Shown: positions 48,996-51,779 of the stretch, piece after piece
Position numbering within the stretch: the first letter of the stretch is position 1
Layout of the letters: each line of letters starts with the position of its first letter
Assembly: GCA_007129405.1 (NCBI GenBank)
Contig: SKVN01000054.1
Coordinates: 1 to 51,779, forward strand
Reading direction: 5' to 3'
DNA: 51,779 nt
DNA from: Kiritimatiellia bacterium
GTDB lineage: Bacteria; Verrucomicrobiota; Kiritimatiellia; UBA8416
Made by a program: the position numbers and the translations under genes
Notes under the pieces: model-generated
What the model saw: the letters and a program-made list of their open reading frames with translations, nothing else
Told to the model about the DNA's origin: nothing
The model's database searches: none

Positions 48996-49211
48996 TTACC
49001 CTCGCCCAAAAATTTGAAATAATATCAATAACGCAATCACAGCAATTGCCTCTGAAAACACGAGCGAAATGATCATCGCTTGCAGAATTTTCGGCGCAGC
49101 CGAAGGGTTCCGACCTAACGCCCGTATGCTCGCATATCCGATCGATGCAATCACCGCCGAAGGCCCTATTATCGTAACAAACATTACCAGCACTATGATA
49201 AAATTATCCAT
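48996..49211 (-). CDS. atpE: Fo subunit c (single hairpin, 71 aa), atypical helix 1
   Basis: Polar loop LGRNPSA. Carboxylate in helix 2 (LVFSEAIAVIAL). No GxGxGxG motif in helix 1. Confidence 0.75.
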   Translation of the reverse strand: MDNFIIVLVMFVTIIGPSAVIASIGYASIRALGRNPSAAPKILQAMIISLVFSEAIAVIALLILFQIFGRG

Positions 49212-49222
49212 CGAGGTCTTAC

Positions 49223-49498
49223 CTATTTTTGCCCAACATCCTCATGCACCACAGATGCCATCTGTGCCGAGGCCTCCTCCACCAAAATCACACATTCATT
49301 CCCCGAAAATTTGACCATCCCTCGGTTAATAGGAATTTTGTGCTGCCCATCTACCACAACATTCCCAGGTCGCAACAAGCTGACGATAGGCGCATGGTAG
49401 TCCATTATCTCAAACTCTGCAAGATCGCCCGCAAGCTGTATAGCATGCGCGGTTCCTTCGTACACAACTCTCCGGGGACTTAAAACTTTCAATAGCAT
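49223..49498 (-). CDS. atpC: F1 epsilon subunit, beta-sandwich domain only (91 aa)
   Basis: LKVLSPRRVVYEG...GDLAEFEIMDYHAPIVSLLRPGNVVV matches the epsilon N-terminal domain. There is no room for the two C-terminal helices. Confidence 0.7.
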   Translation of the reverse strand: MLLKVLSPRRVVYEGTAHAIQLAGDLAEFEIMDYHAPIVSLLRPGNVVVDGQHKIPINRGMVKFSGNECVILVEEASAQMASVVHEDVGQK

Positions 49499-49501
49499 GC
49501 A

Positions 49502-50998
49502 TTACTCCTCGCTACGCACCGAAGCATCCATCTCTTGCGCATGCCAGTCTTTCAGAATTTGCTGAATCCCATCTTCGAGATCAGGCGTCAATTCCGTGGC
49601 ATCCTGCAGCCTACGCATAATCCCGTCGTGCAAATGCCTTGCAACCCCCCCGATTTGCGAGCAAAACGCACGCTGTGGCTCCCGCGAAACATGATCCAGG
49701 TGTCCTCCACGTAACGCATAGAGCAAAATCACGAGTTCGGCCTGCGAGCATAATACATGATGCCCTTGGCGAAAAACCTCACGAATAGCTTCACCACGTA
49801 AAATTACTTCTTTCGCTTCATCGGAAACCGAAGACAAGCGGCTTAATTGCAACATTTCGAGATAAGCAGCGTGGGCCGTCCGGATATCCGCGGTTAATGC
49901 TCGCAAAATGAGCGGCTGTGTACGCCCCCCGACAATTGACAGCGACATTTGCGGATCCACCGCAGGGCGAACACCCTCCGCAAAAATCGTATTACTCAAT
50001 ATCAATTGCCCATCACACATGGAAATAAGATTGGACGGGATATACCCAGTCAAGTCTCCCTGTTGCGTATCTGCTAACGAAAGAAAAGTCATCGAACCAG
50101 AGCCATGCCGCTCATTAAAACAACCAGCTTGTTCCATCAATTGCGTGTGCATATAGAAAATGTCACCAGGGTACGCCTCCCGACCCGGTGGGCGGTCCAA
50201 CAACAGCGAAAGTTGCCGATAAGCCCAAGCATGCTTTGTTAGATCATCCAGCACCACCAGGACATCTTTCCCCCGTTGCACAAACCAATCCCCTATTGCG
50301 GCGGCGGTAAATGGAGCAATATATTGCTCAGCTGCGGGTGCATTATCCGTTGCCCCCACGATGATGGTATAGGGTAACGCATGCCCTTCCACGAGGGTAG
50401 ACATCGCTTTTTCGAGCGCGGATACCGACTTGCCGACACAACAATAGATACAGACCACACCGCTGTCCTGTTGATTCAGAATGGCATCCAAGGCGATCGA
50501 ACTCTTGCCCGTCATTCGATCTCCAAGGATGAGTTGGCGTTGCCCCATACCAATGGGCGTTAAGGCGTCAACGATTTTCGTGCCCGTCAGAAGCATTCGG
50601 CGAATGGGCGCGCGATCCATCAGTGATGGTGCCTCACGAAATACCGGGATATTTTCCGTGTTCTTCAATTCACCATGCTCGTCAAAAGGCTGCCCCATGG
50701 CCGTCAGCATACGCCCTAGACAACCGTCCCCCGCAGGCACCGTAAAGGGTTCACTTTTTCCGCGCACTTCTTTGCCCATACGCAATTTGGACGTTGACCC
50801 AAGCGCAAGCGCACATACAGAATCCTGATCGAATTCCATCACCAACCCCAAGACATCATCACCCATGTCAACAATTTCGCCGGTCAAACAGCCCGGTAAA
50901 CCATCAATATGAACAACCGTGTCTTTAATGTCATGAATGGTACCCTTCTCTTCAAACTTTAGCTTGAAGAGCGGTATCTTTGAAGGTAACGAGCTCAT
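49502..50998 (-). CDS. atpA: F1 alpha-subunit paralogue 2 (divergent)
   Basis: GDRMTGKS Walker A, LVVLDDLTKHAWAYRQLSLLLDRPPGREAYPGDIFY, and PSNLISMCDGQL. The SVSRVGG segment reads SLSIVGG. Confidence 0.85.
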   Translation of the reverse strand: MSSLPSKIPLFKLKFEEKGTIHDIKDTVVHIDGLPGCLTGEIVDMGDDVLGLVMEFDQDSVCALALGSTSKLRMGKEVRGKSEPFTVPAGDGCLGRMLTAMGQPFDEHGELKNTENIPVFREAPSLMDRAPIRRMLLTGTKIVDALTPIGMGQRQLILGDRMTGKSSIALDAILNQQDSGVVCIYCCVGKSVSALEKAMSTLVEGHALPYTIIVGATDNAPAAEQYIAPFTAAAIGDWFVQRGKDVLVVLDDLTKHAWAYRQLSLLLDRPPGREAYPGDIFYMHTQLMEQAGCFNERHGSGSMTFLSLADTQQGDLTGYIPSNLISMCDGQLILSNTIFAEGVRPAVDPQMSLSIVGGRTQPLILRALTADIRTAHAAYLEMLQLSRLSSVSDEAKEVILRGEAIREVFRQGHHVLCSQAELVILLYALRGGHLDHVSREPQRAFCSQIGGVARHLHDGIMRRLQDATELTPDLEDGIQQILKDWHAQEMDASVRSEE

Positions 50999-51779
50999 TG
51001 AGAAACCCCTTTTGCATCTCGTCTGTCATACGTTTTTCTTCCACCAGCGAATTAACCAAGTCTGCCCGGCGTAGCCGTAAATGCTCCATGAAAAGCGCCA
51101 TAACAGGTCGCACCTGAGGTGGGGCAACATTTTCAAATAATCCATTCTGCAATGCGAACAAGAGCAACACCTGCTCCTCCATGGGGACAGGAGCATTCTC
51201 TTTCTGCTTTAACACTTCCTCCAGCACCTTACCTTTATTTAAGCGAGCTTCCAAGTCAGAAGAACCGCCCGCTTTAATGCGTGTCAACTTTTCTAGCTCA
51301 CGGTACCGCACATAATCAATCTTGAGCATGCTCGTGGGCTTTTTCATGGCTGGCCATTGTACCTTGCTACCAATACGTGATACGGATAGACCTAAATCGA
51401 CAGCAGGTTTGAAACCTTCGCCAAATAGCGTTGCGTTCAAAAAGATCTGCCCATCGGTCATCGAAATAATGTTGGAAGGGATATACCCTGCAAAATCACC
51501 TTGCTGCGTCTCCACAATCGGCAAATGCGTCATGGACCCCCCACCAAGTTCCGGCTTCATTTTCCCTGCACGCTCCACCAGCTGAGAGTGAATATAGAAA
51601 ATATCACCGGGATAGGCATCACGCCCGGGTGCGCGTTCCAACAACAATGAAATCTGGCGGTACGCCCAGGCATGCTTCGTGAAATCATCAAAAACAACGA
51701 GAACATTACGCCCCTCTTCATACATGAAATACTCGCCAATGCTTGCCGCCACGTATGGCACCAGGTATTGCTGCCCCAT
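50952..51779 (-). CDS. atpA: F1 alpha-subunit paralogue 1; the 5' end lies beyond the window edge
   Basis: LVVFDDFTKHAWAYRQISLLLERAPGRDAYPGDIFY, PSNIISMTDGQIFL and GLSVSRIG (Arg retained). The reading frame is open to base 51779. Confidence 0.85.
   Translation of the reverse strand: MGQQYLVPYVAASIGEYFMYEEGRNVLVVFDDFTKHAWAYRQISLLLERAPGRDAYPGDIFYIHSQLVERAGKMKPELGGGSMTHLPIVETQQGDFAGYIPSNIISMTDGQIFLNATLFGEGFKPAVDLGLSVSRIGSKVQWPAMKKPTSMLKIDYVRYRELEKLTRIKAGGSSDLEARLNKGKVLEEVLKQKENAPVPMEEQVLLLFALQNGLFENVAPPQVRPVMALFMEHLRLRRADLVNSLVEEKRMTDEMQKGFLNELVTFKDTALQAKV

Overview
Gene-dense chromosomal window of about 50% GC from a diderm bacterium (TolB-Pal, Tat and type II secretion pseudopilins are present). 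Core metabolism leans anaerobic: single-chain pyruvate:ferredoxin oxidoreductase, Na+-NQR and an Mrp antiporter. The gene content resembles PVC-type lineages, but the phylum cannot be fixed from sequence alone. I support about 65 CDS in long co-directional, often translationally coupled blocks. I recognised no rRNA, tRNA, CRISPR array, transposase or integrase. All product calls rest on motifs read from the supplied translations; no similarity search was possible. Most of the window is housekeeping: fba, PFOR, hisG, tsaE, pyrF-nth-recO, dus, maf, rpmB, coaB, typA, tatAC and tolB-pal. Three loci stand out. (1) 45.8-51.8 kb holds a non-canonical F-type ATPase operon in the order alpha1-alpha2-epsilon-c-b/delta-gamma-beta. 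It has two overlapping alpha paralogues, the second lacking the alpha arginine finger. Epsilon lacks its C-terminal helices, b carries a delta-CTD-like tail, the c subunit is atypical, and no a subunit lies in view. (2) This operon runs without a visible terminator into a T2SS-like operon, gspE-F-G-(I/H)-J-K-L-M. That operon lacks secretin, GspC and prepilin peptidase, and ends in a coupled membrane-anchored protein with eight MORN repeats. (3) 1.15-5.9 kb holds an Mbh-order Mrp antiporter operon with a single antiporter-like subunit. It carries an in-operon PTS-EIIA fusion and a 112-aa PII-like protein. Smaller items are nqrBCDEF without nqrA plus an unknown coupled ORF, an untracked 29-codon bS22-like ORF, a repeat-dense non-coding stretch at 1-279, and candidate operators for an XRE and a DtxR/MntR regulator.
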